Virus record (IMG/VR): IMGVR_UViG_3300032516_000007
Coordinates: 32,001 to 96,000 of that record
Reading direction: 5' to 3' (one strand)
DNA length: 64,000 nt
From: a virus
The translations under genes and the position numbers were made by a program. Positions 62,277-64,000 of the stretch are shown in pieces. Each line of letters starts with the position of its first letter. Position 1 is the stretch's first letter. The notes beneath the pieces were generated by a model. It was not told where the DNA came from. It saw only the letters and a program-made list of their open reading frames with translations, and did no database searches.

Positions 62277-64000
62277 ATGCCCAGTGCAGATGACAAAGTA
62301 GTCCTCAGTCTTCAAATAGAAGTTGCTGACGCAGCAAAAGAGATCAAAAAAGTCAAAGCTCAATTGGAGGAAGTTCGCCGAATTGAGGGGCGAACTAAAA
62401 CCAATGAGACGAGAGATCTTCGCACCAGGCAAAGGACTGCTGAAACTGATCATAAGACTAAACTGAGGAATCTGAAGGATCTTGAGGCTCTTCGTAAGAA
62501 GGGATTAGGAAGTGTTGCAGGAATTACTAAAGAACATGGGAAGCAAAATGTCCTATTGAAGTCTTTGGATTCAATTCAGACACGAATCCAAACTAAATAC
62601 CAAAAGTGGTTGAAGCAAAACCAACAGTGGGGACCTGCTGGTGTTGTGGCGAAGCCTGCTCTTCGTGCAGGACGTGCAGCTTTTAATGTTGGATCTACAG
62701 TTGTTTCAGGGCTTCTGGGGATGCTTATTGGGGGTATCCAGCAGGGCTATCAGACTCATCTTCAGGTGGGTCAGGCCATGGCTCCTCTTGCAGGGATGGG
62801 GGCTCGGCCTGGGCAGATAGGAATCGGAAAAGGAATAGGGATGGGATATGGCCCATCTCAAACCTATCGGCATGCCGCTGGTGTGGGACGGGCAACTGGA
62901 GACCCTGGAGCGGTTACGCTGGCCCAGCAGTTTGCCATGGGTGGGGGTGGAATGGATGTTGGAGAAGCTACTGGGATCATGGGTAGCCTTCGCCAAGCTG
63001 GGGTGGGTTTTTCGGGGAAGGAAAATCAAGAGTCTGCTGCCAAGCTCCTGGGCCAGATGGTTGAGGGTGGGATCATTACTGGTCTGGAGAAAGCTCGTCT
63101 CCCTGAATATCTAAAGGGGGTCGCATCCATGGCTCAGACCATGGGTGGGCGACAGACGGGCAAAGTGGATGTGGGTTCCATTGCCAACACGTTGTCCTAC
63201 CTGGGTCGGATTCCGGGTATGCAAGGTCAACGTGGTGTGAATCTCATGCAAACCCTAGATCAGTCGATTCGATCTCCCGGAGGAGGCGAGGCTGGTCAAC
63301 AGGTAATGCTGCAAGCTTTTGGTTTTGGAAAGCCAGGTGGGGAGACTTCCTATTACGATGCTATGAAGCGTCAGCAGCGAGGGGCTCAAGGGGCTGGTGG
63401 TGCCCAAAATATCATGGATGTGTTCAAGGAACTCTACTCTCAGTATGGGGTGGTCGGAGGAGGAGGATCAACTCAGCAGCAACAAGAAGCAAACCTCGCG
63501 ATCAATACTGCAATGCCAGGTTTGAACCTCGATATGATCGAGGGAATTGGGGACATGATCAATAACGGTGAGAATCAGGAGGAAATCCTCAAGAAGATCG
63601 CAGAGGCGACCAAGGCATTCAAACCCATTGAAGATCGAGTGGTAGATGCTATCAATGAAGGTTTCTCTAGTGTAGCAAAGCGAATAGCTGGTCAAGAGGC
63701 CAAAAGTGCAGGAATAGGAGCTAAAGCAGCCAAGTTAGTTGAGGATGTACAGGATTTACAGTATAAGATTTTGCAAGAGCTTGTCAAGATTATGAAGGAA
63801 AACCTACCTGAGATCAAACTAGTTTTGGGTGTAATATCAGATACAATTACTAGTTGGCTCGGTGGGAGGGGGGAAAAAAATAAAGTTAGTGCTAAAAGTC
63901 CAGCTTCAATTGCTGCTGCTGCTCATCTTGCTCTTCCGATCGAGGGTGAAACACAGCAGGAAACGTTGATGAGGCAAAGAGGGAATGTTGGAAAGCTTAA
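62277..64000 (+). CDS. Tape measure protein (5' part, runs off the window)
   Basis: Frame from ATG 62277 appears open to the window end; helical A/G/Q-rich; follows the chaperones. Confidence 0.8.
   Translation, partial: MPSADDKVVLSLQIEVADAAKEIKKVKAQLEEVRRIEGRTKTNETRDLRTRQRTAETDHKTKLRNLKDLEALRKKGLGSVAGITKEHGKQNVLLKSLDSIQTRIQTKYQKWLKQNQQWGPAGVVAKPALRAGRAAFNVGSTVVSGLLGMLIGGIQQGYQTHLQVGQAMAPLAGMGARPGQIGIGKGIGMGYGPSQTYRHAAGVGRATGDPGAVTLAQQFAMGGGGMDVGEATGIMGSLRQAGVGFSGKENQESAAKLLGQMVEGGIITGLEKARLPEYLKGVASMAQTMGGRQTGKVDVGSIANTLSYLGRIPGMQGQRGVNLMQTLDQSIRSPGGGEAGQQVMLQAFGFGKPGGETSYYDAMKRQQRGAQGAGGAQNIMDVFKELYSQYGVVGGGGSTQQQQEANLAINTAMPGLNLDMIEGIGDMINNGENQEEILKKIAEATKAFKPIEDRVVDAINEGFSSVAKRIAGQEAKSAGIGAKAAKLVEDVQDLQYKILQELVKIMKENLPEIKLVLGVISDTITSWLGGRGEKNKVSAKSPASIAAAAHLALPIEGETQQETLMRQRGNVGKL

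Noticed and set aside
1-64000. Alternative genetic code (stop-codon reassignment)
   Set aside because: Genes tile densely under code 11, and TAG, TGA and TAA all end conserved genes at the expected positions

Overview
This window is part of a large contractile-tailed (myovirus-type) phage genome, with essentially all genes on the + strand. The head-neck-tail gene order resembles SPO1/Twort (Herelleviridae)-type phages. Layout: (1) 1-960, a non-coding, CTAG-rich, repeat-rich block. (2) About 1-10.7 kb, small accessory genes, including a Bd0055-type bacterial histone, an SMR-like transporter, KTSC, cupin, two CxxCxxCC proteins and an HExxH protein. (3) Portal at 13.1-15.05 kb. (4) An unusually long (~22 kb) block between portal and prohead protease. 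It encodes a MuF-like minor head protein and large multidomain proteins: ADP-ribosyltransferase+GNAT, a second GNAT, a sigma70-like/topoisomerase IB/pyrophosphatase fusion and a giant SNF2-like ATPase. Many domain boundaries carry the same hydrophobic-x-K|[A/S/G] motif seen in the scaffold and the capsid propeptide. (5) Protease, scaffold and major capsid protein. (6) A GC-richer decoration/fibre module, a holin-like gene and a stand-alone MshEN-like protein. (7) Neck genes, tail sheath, a tail tube gene split by a group I intron with a LAGLIDADG endonuclease, tail chaperones and the start of the tape measure gene. The palindrome TTCTAGAA occurs at least 15 times, and in five places sits exactly 6 bp upstream of a -10-like hexamer. 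The best candidate for an undescribed system is a protease-processed, probably virion-packaged enzyme cargo (sigma factor, TopoIB, PPase, ART, GNATs, SNF2) in a phage that also encodes a histone. All family assignments come from motif recognition by eye; no database searches were run.
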